From: Bdellovibrionales bacterium | GTDB taxonomy: Bacteria > Bdellovibrionota > Bdellovibrionia > Bdellovibrionales > UBA1609 | DNA length: 64,000 nucleotides | Assembly: GCA_965219095.1 (NCBI GenBank) | Contig: CBDCMT010000001.1 | Location: 384,001-448,000 of the forward strand | Direction: 5' to 3' | Part shown: positions 21,039 through 32,389 of the stretch, piece by piece | Position numbering within the stretch: the first letter of the stretch is position 1 | How the letters are laid out: the number at the start of each line of letters is the position of its first letter | Translations under genes and position numbers: made by a program | Notes under the pieces: model-generated | The model's input: the letters and a program-made list of their open reading frames with translations, nothing else | Told to the model about the DNA's origin: nothing | The model's database searches: none

Positions 21039-22046
21039 TTAAACTTTAAACACTTCCTCTTTTATAAAAAAGAAAACTGGCAAAAGGGCTAAATAAAACA
21101 AGGCACCTAGAAATCCTAAAAAACTATAACCTATAGGATTGATAAAAAGCCATGAAAAATAAATTCTATAAGTTTTACTCAAAGGACAAAGAGTCTTAAA
21201 GAAGATAACGTCAAAGACAAAAAACACCTGCCACACATGGGAGGATAAAACCCGTCCTAAAGAATAGATATTGTGAGGTTTTAAAAACAGAATATTAAAA
21301 TGAGACAAAACAGGTTTGATTTTAAAAGTTGATGCTTGCAGGTCAGAATAGAAAACTGAACTCAAAAAATCATACTTTTTGAGGCACAAAGCTAAAACTA
21401 AAAGTTGCATAAGAACATAAGTTTTAAACTCCCCTAACCGCTCAAAACGTCTAGCTGAAGTAATGAGAGGATCTCTAAATAAAATCCAAGAAAAACCTTT
21501 CAAACTTTCCATTTTTTGAGCTAAAAGAACGTCCTCTAAGAACTCAAAGCTTTCATCAAAAAATTCTAGATTTTCGAAAAACTCCTTCTCTATCCATAAA
21601 CCCTGATCTCCATGTACTGTGGAGGGAAAATTCAAATGTGTTTTTTTTTCTAAATAATAATAAAAAAAAGAAACCAATCCTTTCTTAATTTTTGAAGTAT
21701 GAAAATTAAGATAAAAATGTCCTGCTTTATATTTTGCAGAAGATTGAACAAACGTATCATAAGCTTTTTTCAATTGATAAGGACAAGATAACCTTGAATC
21801 AGCATGAAGAAATAAAAGATAAGGAGCTTTAGCTTTTTTTGCACCTTGATTCATTTGCAAAGCTCTTCCTTTAGAACTGGACAAATAACTCACATTTTCT
21901 TTCTTATAAGTTTCAAATCTCTCTTCTGCCTTCACTACTATGACTTCAAAGAAAACGTCCTTTTGGAGCTTTATATCTTTTAAGAGATTTTTAACATGTT
22001 CGTCATCTTTGTAAGAAGCTATCACGACAGAAACTAAAGGTTTCAT
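21039..22046 (-). CDS. GT2 glycosyltransferase (TIGR04283-like) with hydrophobic C-terminal extension
   Basis: GRALQMNQGA, LFLHADS, HGDQGL, LEDV, TSARRF. Confidence 0.8.
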   Translation of the reverse strand: MKPLVSVVIASYKDDEHVKNLLKDIKLQKDVFFEVIVVKAEERFETYKKENVSYLSSSKGRALQMNQGAKKAKAPYLLFLHADSRLSCPYQLKKAYDTFVQSSAKYKAGHFYLNFHTSKIKKGLVSFFYYYLEKKTHLNFPSTVHGDQGLWIEKEFFENLEFFDESFEFLEDVLLAQKMESLKGFSWILFRDPLITSARRFERLGEFKTYVLMQLLVLALCLKKYDFLSSVFYSDLQASTFKIKPVLSHFNILFLKPHNIYSLGRVLSSHVWQVFFVFDVIFFKTLCPLSKTYRIYFSWLFINPIGYSFLGFLGALFYLALLPVFFFIKEEVFKV

Positions 22047-22049
22047 TTT

Positions 22050-22889
22050 TTAGTTTGAAATATAAGTTTTTAAACCCTCTTCAAAAAAAGAGTAGGTCTG
22101 ATTTTGAAGATCTTTGCTATGACCTAAACAGGGATTAAACTCAGACAAATCCATGGACACAAGCTCTTTTCTTTTTTTTAAAAATTTCATAAGTTCTTGT
22201 ATATCCTTTAAATCAAAGCCCTCTTTCACAGGAGTGCCTGTAGCAGGAGCTAGTTTAGGGTTCACAACATCAATATCAAAGCTCAAATGAAGAGGGGTTT
22301 TATCTTTGTTCACAAGTTCTAAGACAGGCTGAAGGGTCTCAATAAGTCCTCTTTGTTTTACAGTTTTATAAGACAGCCAGTGAATATTTTTTGTTTTTAA
22401 AAAAACTCTTTCTTCTTTATCAAGATTGCGGATTCCTAACAAAATGACTTCAGAAGGAGACAAATAAGGCCCTTGAAACCAGAAAAAATGGTGAGAATAA
22501 GTTTTGTGAGGCTTAAATAAACCTAAAAGACCGGCAAGAGGCATGCCATGAAGATTTCCTGAAAGAGAAGTTTCCGGAGTGTTGATATCGCCATGGGCAT
22601 CCAACCATAGAACACATCTTTTAGAATGAGTCTGAGAAAAAGCACTGATAGTAGAAAGGCTTATACTATGATCCCCTCCTAAAAATACACACAAACTGTA
22701 GCTTCGCAAAACTTCTAAAGCTGTTTTATAAAGTTCGTGATAGCTTTGGGTTTTCATTCTTATAAGATCACAATTTTCAAAAAGCTTATGAAACTGTTTT
22801 TCGTAAAAAAATTGAGGGGCTTTTTCTACTCCCCCTTTTTTTTGTCCATAACCAATCGGTGCCTCTACAATAGCAACAGTCTTTTTCAA
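22050..22889 (-). CDS. rocF: Arginase
   Basis: GGDHS, DAHGDINTP, SGNLHGMP, SFDID, ATGTPV, EFNP. Confidence 0.9.
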   Translation of the reverse strand: MKKTVAIVEAPIGYGQKKGGVEKAPQFFYEKQFHKLFENCDLIRMKTQSYHELYKTALEVLRSYSLCVFLGGDHSISLSTISAFSQTHSKRCVLWLDAHGDINTPETSLSGNLHGMPLAGLLGLFKPHKTYSHHFFWFQGPYLSPSEVILLGIRNLDKEERVFLKTKNIHWLSYKTVKQRGLIETLQPVLELVNKDKTPLHLSFDIDVVNPKLAPATGTPVKEGFDLKDIQELMKFLKKRKELVSMDLSEFNPCLGHSKDLQNQTYSFFEEGLKTYISN

Positions 22890-22936
22890 AATATCTTTCC
22901 TTCTATTTCACTTATAATTATAGTCCTTACCTTTGG

Positions 22937-24169
22937 TTACACTAAATTTATGGATTTGATACGTTCTTGAAGGCCTTGATCTAAAGCTTTTAAGAAATCT
23001 TCTGTACACATATAGTGTTCTTCTCGTAACTTGCTCCCATGAAGGCATAAAGCCAAATCCTTTGTCATCCTTCCACTCTCTATGACTTCAACACAAACTC
23101 TTTCTAACAATTGAGAGAATTTCAACACATCAGGTGTTTCATCAAGGTGAGCTCTAAAATTAAGCCCCCTTGTCCATGCAAAAATAGAAGCTACGGGGTT
23201 TGTTGATGTTTGATGCCCTTTTTGATGTTGTCGAAAATGACGAGTTACCGTACCATGAGCGGCTTCAGATTCAATGGTTTTTCCATCAGGGGTCATGAGA
23301 ACAGAAGTCATAAGCCCTAAAGATCCAAAACCTTGTGCCACAATATCAGATTGAACATCCCCATCATAATTTTTACAAGCCCAAACAAAGCCCCCTGACC
23401 ACTTTAAAACACAAGCCACCATATCATCAATCAAACGATGCTCATAAGACAAATTATTTTTTTCAAATAATTCTTTAAATTCTTGTTCATAAACTTGTTG
23501 AAAGATACCTCGGAAACGACCATCGTATTTTTTTAAAATCGTGTCTTTTGTGGAAAAATAAAGAGGATATTTTTTTAACAAAGCCATCTTAAAACAGCTT
23601 CTTGCAAAACCATAAATGGATTCATCGGTATTGTACATACTCAAAGCCACCCCATCTCCTTGAAAGTCAAATACCTCATAAGTTTCTCTTTCACCTGTTT
23701 GGCTTTCAAAGATGAGTTTTAACTTTCCTTTGCCTTTGACTTGAATATCAGTGGCTTTGTATTGATCGGCAAAAGCATGACGTCCTACACAGATGGGTTT
23801 TAACCAATGGGGTACAAGTCGAGGAATGTTCTTACACAAAATAGGTTCTCTGAAAACTGTTCCCCCTAAAATGTTACGAATTGTACCATTAGGCGAAGGG
23901 TACATTCTTTTCAGATCAAATTCCTTCACACGACCTTTGTCAGGGGTGATGGTAGCACATTTAATTCCTACACCATACTCTTTAATAGCATAGGCGGCTT
24001 CAGAGGTGACTTTGTCATTCGTAGCATCTCTATGAGACAAACCAAGATCATAATATTTAATGTCAAGATCCAAGTAAGGTAAAATCAACTTTTCTTTAAT
24101 AAAAGTCCAGATGATACGAGTCATCTCATCGCCATCAAGCTCCACAACAGAGTTTTTCACTTTAATCAT
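22937..24169 (-). CDS. icd: NADP-dependent isocitrate dehydrogenase
   Basis: [36 protein letters not shown]. Confidence 0.97.
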   Translation of the reverse strand: MIKVKNSVVELDGDEMTRIIWTFIKEKLILPYLDLDIKYYDLGLSHRDATNDKVTSEAAYAIKEYGVGIKCATITPDKGRVKEFDLKRMYPSPNGTIRNILGGTVFREPILCKNIPRLVPHWLKPICVGRHAFADQYKATDIQVKGKGKLKLIFESQTGERETYEVFDFQGDGVALSMYNTDESIYGFARSCFKMALLKKYPLYFSTKDTILKKYDGRFRGIFQQVYEQEFKELFEKNNLSYEHRLIDDMVACVLKWSGGFVWACKNYDGDVQSDIVAQGFGSLGLMTSVLMTPDGKTIESEAAHGTVTRHFRQHQKGHQTSTNPVASIFAWTRGLNFRAHLDETPDVLKFSQLLERVCVEVIESGRMTKDLALCLHGSKLREEHYMCTEDFLKALDQGLQERIKSINLV

Positions 24170-24236
24170 ACTTACTTCTCCTCTATATTTTATAACTTTC
24201 TTGAACTATAAAGCTAACTAGGCTAAAAGTAAACTT

Positions 24237-25868
24237 ATGATAAAAAAATTCATTCCCTCAGATCACCAAAGCCCCCTAGATTTAAACTCTCTCATTGTAC
24301 CCAAACCTCAGGGTGAGGAGGATGTTGTTAAAATTGATGTGCTGTTTGTAGGAGGAGGCCCTAGTGGTCTAGCCTCAGCTATCAAATTAGCTCAACAAAT
24401 AAGAGAAGACTCAGAACTAAAGGACTTAGAAATTGCTGTTTTAGATAAAGCCGGATCTTTTGGAGAGCACAGCCTCTCAGGAGCCGTACTTAACCCCATG
24501 GCTTTTTATGAACTTTTTGGAAAAGATCAAACTTTCCCCTTTAAAGGACAGGTAAAAAAGGAAAAGGTTTATTTTCTCACAAAGAAAAAAGCCTTTCCCA
24601 TCCCCACACCACCTCCTATGCATAACAAAGGCTTTTTTCTAGCTTCCCTTTCTGAATGTGTACGATGGATGTCTCAAAAAGCAGAAAATTTAGGCATTCA
24701 TCTTTTTAATAACTTTCCTGCAGAAAGCCTTCTTATAGAAAAAGGTGAAATTGTAGGTGTTAAAACCACAGCCTCAGGACTGAATAAAAAAGGAGAGCCT
24801 ACAGCTCAGCACACACCTTCCACCTACATTACAAGCAAAATCACTGTATTAGCCGAAGGAAGCCGAGGTCTTCTCACGCAAGGTTACAGAGCGTGGCAAA
24901 ATATCACCTCCCCCTGCCCCCAAGTTTATGCTTTAGGGGTTAAAGAGATTTGGCGTACAAAAGACACACTCCCCTTTGTGGCACACACTTTAGGCCACCC
25001 TCTTTCTACAGAAAATTTTGGGGGAAGCTTCATGTACCCCATGGGAGAGAACATGCTGGCCTTAGGCCTTGTAGCAGGCTTAGACCATTCCAAAGGCTCA
25101 CAAGACATTCACTTTCTTCTGCAAAAAATGAAACAACATCCTTTTTTCCAAAAATACCTTAAAGGAGGAGAACCCGTAGAATGGGGGGCAAAAACCATTC
25201 CTGAAGGAGGTTACCAGTCTTTACCTTCTCGATTTTCTGGTAAAAAAGTCCTTATGATTGGCGACTGCGTGGGTTTAGTCAATGTTCCCAGTCTCAAAGG
25301 TATCCACTATTCTATGATGTCAGGAATTTATGCTGCTGAAACTCTCTATCAAGCTTTTAAAGAAAAAGACCTCTCAGATACAAAATTAAAAACTTATGAT
25401 GAAACATTAAAAAAGAGCTTTATTTTTAAAGACCTTTATAAAGTACGTAACATGAAACCTAGTTTTAAAGGAGGACTTTTCAAAGGCACTCTCAAGGCAG
25501 GTTTTCATTTTCTTTCAAAAGGAAAACTAGGAGGAAATCTCAAGTTTAAAGCTGATAGCGAAGTACCTCGTTTTTTACAAATCACAGAAACTCTCCCCCC
25601 TTTAGGTTTTAGTAAAGTCAACGCTGTCTATCTTTCCGGAAATAAAACAAGAGATGACATTCCTTCACATTTAAAAATAGGAAAAAACATAAATAAAGAA
25701 GTGGCTGAGTTTTATACCAGACTTTGTCCTGCAGGAGTTTATGAAAGAAACGGAGACAACTTGATTGTGAACGCACCTAACTGTGTTGACTGTAAGGCCA
25801 CTGATGTTTTAGGCCCTCGTTGGAAACCTCGTGAAGGAGGTAGTGGCCCCCATTATAAAAATATGTGA
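24237..25868 (+). CDS. Electron transfer flavoprotein-ubiquinone oxidoreductase
   Basis: GGGPSG FAD motif, GAKTIPEGG, KGIH, CPAGVYE, PREGGSGP. Confidence 0.92.
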   Translation: MIKKFIPSDHQSPLDLNSLIVPKPQGEEDVVKIDVLFVGGGPSGLASAIKLAQQIREDSELKDLEIAVLDKAGSFGEHSLSGAVLNPMAFYELFGKDQTFPFKGQVKKEKVYFLTKKKAFPIPTPPPMHNKGFFLASLSECVRWMSQKAENLGIHLFNNFPAESLLIEKGEIVGVKTTASGLNKKGEPTAQHTPSTYITSKITVLAEGSRGLLTQGYRAWQNITSPCPQVYALGVKEIWRTKDTLPFVAHTLGHPLSTENFGGSFMYPMGENMLALGLVAGLDHSKGSQDIHFLLQKMKQHPFFQKYLKGGEPVEWGAKTIPEGGYQSLPSRFSGKKVLMIGDCVGLVNVPSLKGIHYSMMSGIYAAETLYQAFKEKDLSDTKLKTYDETLKKSFIFKDLYKVRNMKPSFKGGLFKGTLKAGFHFLSKGKLGGNLKFKADSEVPRFLQITETLPPLGFSKVNAVYLSGNKTRDDIPSHLKIGKNINKEVAEFYTRLCPAGVYERNGDNLIVNAPNCVDCKATDVLGPRWKPREGGSGPHYKNM

Positions 25869-25918
25869 ATTATTTTTTGTGTTATTCAATAAGTCCTGTG
25901 ATTTTAAAATATACTCAT

Positions 25919-26181
25919 ATGAACGTGTATTTAAATTACGCTAAAAGACACTGGATGAGAAAAGGTGAAAATCCTTCGGTAGGATTGATATTAAGACGAT
26001 GTTCTTGTTCAATATGTTCTTGAAGGAATGTCGAGTAAAATTTTAACAGCTAAGTATACAAAAAAGCTTCCAAGTGTAAGACTCATTACTCAGGAAGTTA
26101 AGAAAACAAAAAGGATTTTTGAAAATAGAAAAAGATTTAAAAAGAAAGGGAAATACTCACTAAAAGGAAGAAAAAAATGAG
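25919..26181 (+). pseudogene. DUF1016/YhcG PD-(D/E)xK nuclease, C-terminal fragment, frameshifted
   Basis: Manual translation MNVYLNYAKRHWMRKGENPSVGLIL / VQYVLEGMSSKILTAKYTKKLPS resembles the YhcG C-terminus. Confidence 0.7.
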
Positions 26182-28054
26182 AAAAAAGAAAGTCCTCTCC
26201 CTAGAGAGAAGTATAAAGTGCAGATTACTAGTGTTCTGACCAGTAATTTTTTTCACAATTTTCAAGCCTTTAATCCAGGTCATTTTATTTATTTTTTTTT
26301 TATGTTTTAATACTCATATGTTAAATTTATTAAAGCCAAAAGATAAGAGAGAAATTCTTAAAATTATAAAGAAGTCTAAAAATCCAAGAGCCATATATCG
26401 AGCCAATGTTCTAAACTTAAGGAACAAAAATTTAACTGCCATAGAGACAGCAGATTACTTAGAGATAACTCCTAGAACTGTTTTCAACATCCAAAAAAAC
26501 TATGAGAATTCTGGGCTGAAAAAAGCTCTTGAAGATGATCCTCGTCCTGGAAAGCCTCCAAAGTTTGATGATCGCATAAAGTCAAAGATTATAGCTATGG
26601 TTTGCTCAGATCCTCCGGAGGGCTTTGATCGATGGACTTTAGAACTCATTAAAGAGAGGGCAGAGAAAAACAAGATTGTAGACTCTATTAGCAAAGAAAA
26701 AGTTAGGATTATTCTTTTAGAACATGATCTAAAACCTTGGCAACAGAAGAGTTGGTGTGTACCGGAGCTTAATGATGAATTTATAGAGAGGATGGAGGAT
26801 GTTTTGAAAGTGTATGAGAAGCCTCCGATTAAAGGAAAGCCTGTTGTGTGTATTGATGAAAAGCCTCTTCAGTTACTTGATGATGTTCGTCCTCCATCGG
26901 GTTGTCGTCCCTCGGAAGTAAAAAAAGTAGATTATGAGTATAAAAGAGAGGGTACAGCAAATGTTTTCTGTGCTGTGGAGCCTAAGAGAGGTTTTTATAT
27001 GAATAAGGTAACAGAGAGAAGGACAGGTCCGGATTTTGCTAAGTTTTTATCTTCTGTTGAGAGACATTATTCTGATTCCAAGAAGATTGTTCTAGTTATG
27101 GATAATTTGAACACTCATAGAAAAAAAAGTCTTACTGATTTTTATGGAACAGAGCGAGGTTTGCATCTATGGTCTCGCTTTGAGGTTCATTATACTCCGA
27201 GTCATGGAAGTTGGTTAAATCAAGCAGAAATTGCAATCAATATGTACTCTCGTCAATGTTTAGGAAAATCAAGAATACCTGACATAGAAACTTTAAGAAA
27301 AAGAACCAAGGCTTGGGTGAATATTATGAACAGACGGAAGATTATAATAAAATGGAATTTTTCAAGAAAATCAGCCAGAGAAAAGTTCCATTATAAAAAA
27401 TGAGACGAGCCTGTAAGAGCCTGTAAGAGCCTGTAAACTAAATTGTATATAAACATTAGAAAATCATATCTTTCCAATGAATTTGATACACTCTTTACCC
27501 ATACTTAAAAGTTATAAATTTCTAGAAGTAAAAATCCAAACTTATACATGAAAATGTAGAATTAACTTTTGGAATTGGTATAACTCTAAACATTTCACTT
27601 TTATTCTTTTGAGGAGGCAAAATAATTTAATAAAATGACCTGGATTAAAGGCTTGAAAATTGTGAAAAAATTTACTGGTCAGAACACTAGACATCTAAAA
27701 AAAAAATCTTAACAGAACTTCACGTTCCATAAACAATGAGAAAATAATAATAAAAAACCTTCATAGAGTTCAAAGAATAGACTTATTAAATAACGAAAGG
27801 ATTTTTTTAGAAAAAAAGTATGATGCTTTATCTTATTTTTTTACATCCGGAAGAGATATAAATCCTGAAAAGATATTGCCTCAGTTAGAATTAATCGAAG
27901 CAAATTCATGGCAATCGGATGTATTTCGCATCGCAGGACTTACTTGGAGTGTCCCCGTATCTAGAGACTATGAAAGAAGAATGCGATTTATTGTATGGGA
28001 TAATTTTAATGACAAAAAATGGATATTATAGATCTTGGTGATCCTGTATTCAAC
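26178..28054 (+). pseudogene. druA: Druantia DruA (DUF4338)-like N-terminal remnant, split by IS630-B and truncated by IS630-A
   Basis: Manual translation of ~27740-28054: LHRVQR...FTSGRDINPEKILPQLELIEANSWQSDVFRIAGLTWSVPVSRDYERRMRFIVWDNFNDK../LGDPVFN. Confidence 0.72.
26228..27690 (+). mobile_element. IS630-family element type B, complete (transposase 26318..27403), ~60-bp IRs
   Basis: CTAGTGTTCTGACCAGTAA... and its inverse at the ends; CIDEKP, MDNLNTH, SWLNQAE. Confidence 0.93.
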
Positions 28055-29080
28055 TCAAAAAAAGAGCGAAAAGATTTACTCTGTGAACTATCTCTAGAGA
28101 AAAATCTTAAATACGCAAAAAGGATTATGACAATTCTCCATTTAGATAAAGGTAAGTTGTGTAAAGATATTGCCTGCTTTCTTTTCATTGATGAGGGCAC
28201 GATAAGAGCCTGTAGAGATCGTTATAACAAAGGCGGGATAGAGTACTTAATCAACGACAATTACAACCCTAAAAGGTCCTTTTTAACTAAGAAAGAGGAG
28301 AAAATGCTTTTAAAGGAATTAGAGAAAAGAATTTTTCCATCATCACAGGCCCTTATTCAGTTCATTGAGGAGAATTTTGGTGTTACGTACTTTAACAAGT
28401 GGTGTAATTGATCTTCTCCATCGCCTTGGTTTTTCTTATAAAAAAGCCACAGCGATACCGGGTAAGGTAAAGAAAGAAGAGCAGAAAAAGTTTGTGCGTA
28501 AATACAAGAGAATTAAGAAGAAAGACGGTCCTGTTTACTTTGCTGATTCCACACATCCTGAGTGGGGCCCTACGATTTCATATGGTTGGATAAGAGAGGG
28601 TAAGAAGTTTGAAGTGAAGACCAATTCAGGCTGGAGAAAAAGAGTGAATGTTTGTGGAGCTATTGAGATCAATAGTTTGAAAAAGGTAGTCAGGAGTTAT
28701 AAGACAGTTAACGAAGTTTTTCTATGTGATATGCTCTATCATATTCATTAAGAAGTATTCCGATGAAAAAGAGATTTATCTTATCTTAGATGGGGCCGGA
28801 TACAATAGATCGAAGTCTGTCAAGAAGTTAGCGAAAGAGTTGAATATAAAACTTGTTTATCTTCCTCCGTACTCACCGAATTTAAATCCTATAGAAAGGC
28901 TTTGGAAGTTTATGAAAAAAGAGGTCACGGCGAATCGATATTATGAAAACTATGACGATTTCAAGGGAAGTTTAAGTCAATTTTTTAGAGGAATACGAAA
29001 ACACAGATCTAAATTAGAAACTTTGATAACTGATAACTTCTCTATCTTAGGAAACTGAAAACCTAAGCGGAAGCACTATA
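28055..29080 (+). pseudogene. IS630 type A, left end missing, two frameshifts
   Basis: Three ORF pieces; LPPYSPNLNPIERLW; right end GAAAACCTAAGCGGAAGCACTATA. Confidence 0.9.
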
Positions 29081-30071
29081 TAGCCGTAGATTGGGCACAA
29101 AGTAACATGGCCATTGCAAGGATGACAGGCAAATCAAAAGATATTAAGACTATGGACACGATTTCAGATCTTGGAAATCTTCGTGCCTATTTAAAAACTC
29201 TGAAAGGTAAGAAGATATTGACTATCGAAGAGACTACAACTTCGATAGTGGTTGTATTCAGAATTAAAGGATAGTGTTGATGAGTTCATAGTCTGTGATC
29301 CTCTTCGGAACAGACTTTTAAGTGAAGGGGCTAAAACTGATAAAATTGATGCTGAAAAACTTGTTTTATTGTTACGCTCTGGCCTTTTGAAACCAGTTTT
29401 TCACTCAGGTGATGAATTCATTTACCTTCGTAAGATTGTCAGTGGGTATGAAGATGTGGTTAAAAGAGGAGTTCGTGTTAAAAACCAAAGATCAGCTCTG
29501 TTTCGAGCTTCCCATCTTGATGCTAAGAAGCAGACTCAATTAAAACGGACAGAAGAGATATATTTGTTCTAGAAGGCTTAGATAAAGCTATCAGTGCTTA
29601 TGGGGAGGAGAAAGCATGTTATGAAGCAGAGTTTAAGAGGCTAAGTAAAAAACACAAAGATATTAGAAATCTTAGTAGCATTCCAGGAATTGGTTCTATC
29701 AAGGCTATCAAGATTGTAGCCAGGGTTGTAGTGCCTCACCGATTTAAACGTAATTCCTGGTGGAGTGGACTGCGGACTTGTAAAGCTACATAAAATGAGT
29801 GGTGGAAGGTCTTATGGAACTAAGAAGTCTAGGTTTTGCCCACAAATGAAAAGTGTTTTTAAGATAGCTGCACTCTCAGTTATAGGAAATAACAATAAAT
29901 TTAATGATTTTTATGAAGAACTGATCAAAAAAAATTTACCACCACACACTGCTAGAAACGCTACCAACTAGAAGAATTGCAGCTTTAACTTTAGGTGTTT
30001 TCAAGTCTGGGAAAAAATATAAACCTTATGGAGAACGTAAAAATGTAAATAATAATAAAACAACCTCATAA
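29081..30071 (+). pseudogene. IS110-family recombinase, multiply frameshifted, 5' end lost
   Basis: AVDWAQ, TIEETT and KTDKIDA (DEDD); SIPGIG; KMSGG. Confidence 0.85.
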
Positions 30072-30271
30072 AATCATCTGTTTAAAGTTTCTTGCATAGT
30101 AAGTAACAATACAAATAATGACTTTATGAGGTGAGGGTAGATAGCTTAATAATAGCGATACTTATAAAAGGTTCATGTTAACGAATAGCACATCCTCTAT
30201 TCCTGAAATTTACTATAATCTAAGGTTTTAAATCTTCGGAATAAATTCATGATTTAAAACTAAAAAAGGTT
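30072..30271 (+). ncRNA. Candidate IS110/IS1111-type bridge/seek RNA region
   Basis: 200-bp non-coding stretch directly 3' of the IS110 ORF; positional inference only. Confidence 0.3.
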
Positions 30272-31804
30272 GTAACTGCTCACTCTCGTAAGTTTTTATT
30301 TAAAGCCATAGAGATGGCTTCTAAAGAAGAATACCCTCTATTTCTCATTGTTTTAACATAGCTGGTAATACGACAAAAATATTTCGCCATTTCTTCTGTT
30401 CTGAAACACCCTGACACTTTCTTTTTCACTTTAGTCATTCTTAGATCTCTTTCAGCTCTGTTATTAGTAGGATCTACGTTCTTTCTTTTAGCAAAGCACA
30501 GTATTTCTGCTTCATACTTTTTAAATCGCAGCCAAAGGTTTTGAGCTTGTGTATGCTTTATTCGTCCTTTCTTGCCATTTTTCTTAGGAAATTCTGGAAG
30601 CTCTTTTAAGCCTTTTGTAAGAATACTCCTATACCTTCTCTGAAGAGTTTCGTACTCTTTTTGAGTCAGAACTCTTGACTCTTTTTTATGAACTGACTCC
30701 ACAGTCTCTTTAAGAAGTTTTTTGAGATTTGTAGCCCATTTGAATCCATTGCTTTCTTCTATAAATTTAAGCTCTCTCAAAAGGTGAGCCACACACAAAG
30801 CATGAGTTATCTTATCATAACAAAAGTAAGGACTCCAACAATCATGCACAAGCACTCCTGCATATCTATCCAAGAGACCAATATCTTTTATGGCTTCCCT
30901 TCCACCTGAAAGGTGGAGAAACTGCAAGACTAATTCTCCTGAACTATAAGTATGAATCCAGTAGTTTTTACCCTTAACCCTCATAGAGGTCTCATCAACA
31001 TGAATGACCTCTGATTCAAGTATCTTTTCTTTCATCTGCTCTTCCCAACTTTTAAGAAACTCTCCTAATTCAGCAATGTATCTCAACATAACTGCAGGAG
31101 AAATCATTCGACCTATAAGCCCCATGTAATGTTCCCCAACACGCTCTAAAAGACAGCATCTGAACTATAATGAAATTGATGATGGAAGCTCTAATGCCTA
31201 TACCATACTGAAGAGGACCACTCATACCTTTAGGGAATTGACCTTTATTTCTAGCTCCACATGAGGGACAATCCTTAACTTCAGAAGTTACAGTATGGGT
31301 CTGAATTTCATAAAAAATATCAATCTTTTTACGCTTCTCAAGGCTTTTTACCTCTGCTGTCTTTAAACACATCCCACACTGAGAACACTCTGAGGGAAAG
31401 ACAGTCTCCTCACTGTTTGTATCTTTACTGTTATCAAGTCTAGAGCCCTTTTTCTGACTCCCACTAGCTTTCTTATTACGATTCCCTTGACGACTAAAAT
31501 CTTGCGAAGGAGGAAGACCGCTGTTGCTGGAATTTTTTCGAACCTGTTTTTCTAAAAGCACAACAATCAGAATGTTCACAACCTTAAAGAGAGATTCAAC
31601 AATCACAGAAATCTCAGTAGGCACAGAACCTTTCTTTGCAAACTTATCAAAGTCACTTCTTATATTTTCAATCTCATTTCTGATGGAGGTCTTATTTATT
31701 GTCATTTGAAAAAAGTATTTAAAAGAAAATCTGTAAGAGCAAGACTTTTATCTTAAAACAGGTCTAAAGTTAGGGATAACTGAACAATGTAGGTGAGCAG
31801 TTAC
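30272..31804 (-). mobile_element. IS66-family single-ORF element, full length, frameshifted
   Basis: GTAACTGCTCAC IRs; KNSSNSGLPPS, HVDET, TNNRAERDLR; +1 change at ~31145; no target duplication. Confidence 0.92.
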
Positions 31805-32315
31805 AATTAACTCTTCTTACAAAATAAACAAAAAACACCTTGTAACTTAAAATAGGAAGGGATTCAAAGTCCCGTGATGATTTACTGCTGTCATACACTG
31901 AACAGGGCTTCTTACAAACACTACAAAGAGCTTGGCCATTTTTACGAGCCTTAATAGGAACATTAATTGACTTTCTATCTTTTGAAAAATAAATGTCTCC
32001 GTATACAAAAGACTTCCATTTTAAACAATCATTTAGTATAGTCTTCAAAAGCATCTCTTCCCTCCTTTTTTTTTTTGAATAACATTTTAAGGCATCTGGG
32101 AAGTAGGTGCTTCTTTTTTAAAATTTTAATGTAACACAGCAAATAAAAGCAAATAAAATGAATGTTTTTGAGTTCAATCACCGGAGGTGATAGAGGCCAG
32201 TAAAGGCCTCAAAGAACTCAAAAATACAAGATAGGATGTCTTATTACTTTGATTAATATGAGCCTTTTTGGGGGATTTCTAGCTACTTTTCACCCACAGA
32301 TTCCCGGGAGGAGCC
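31805..32315 (-). mobile_element. ISL3-family element, 5' fragment
   Basis: Zinc-finger N-terminus (CSVCKKPCSVYD...RRVNC); terminus GGCTCCTCCCGGGAATCTGTGG. Confidence 0.8.
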
Positions 32316-32389
32316 AAATTTTATTTGCAAAAAAAAGAGAACAAAGTATGTTACGTTAAAAATTACTCCACTATTTCAACTCATACCAC

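Noticed and set aside
21039..22046. Arsenosugar or selenosugar biosynthesis cluster
   Set aside because: Only the glycosyltransferase is present; no radical SAM, methyltransferase or partner genes nearby.
27407..27436. GAGCCTGTAA x3 as CRISPR or iterons
   Set aside because: Only 10 bp, no spacers, lies inside an IS; no rep gene.
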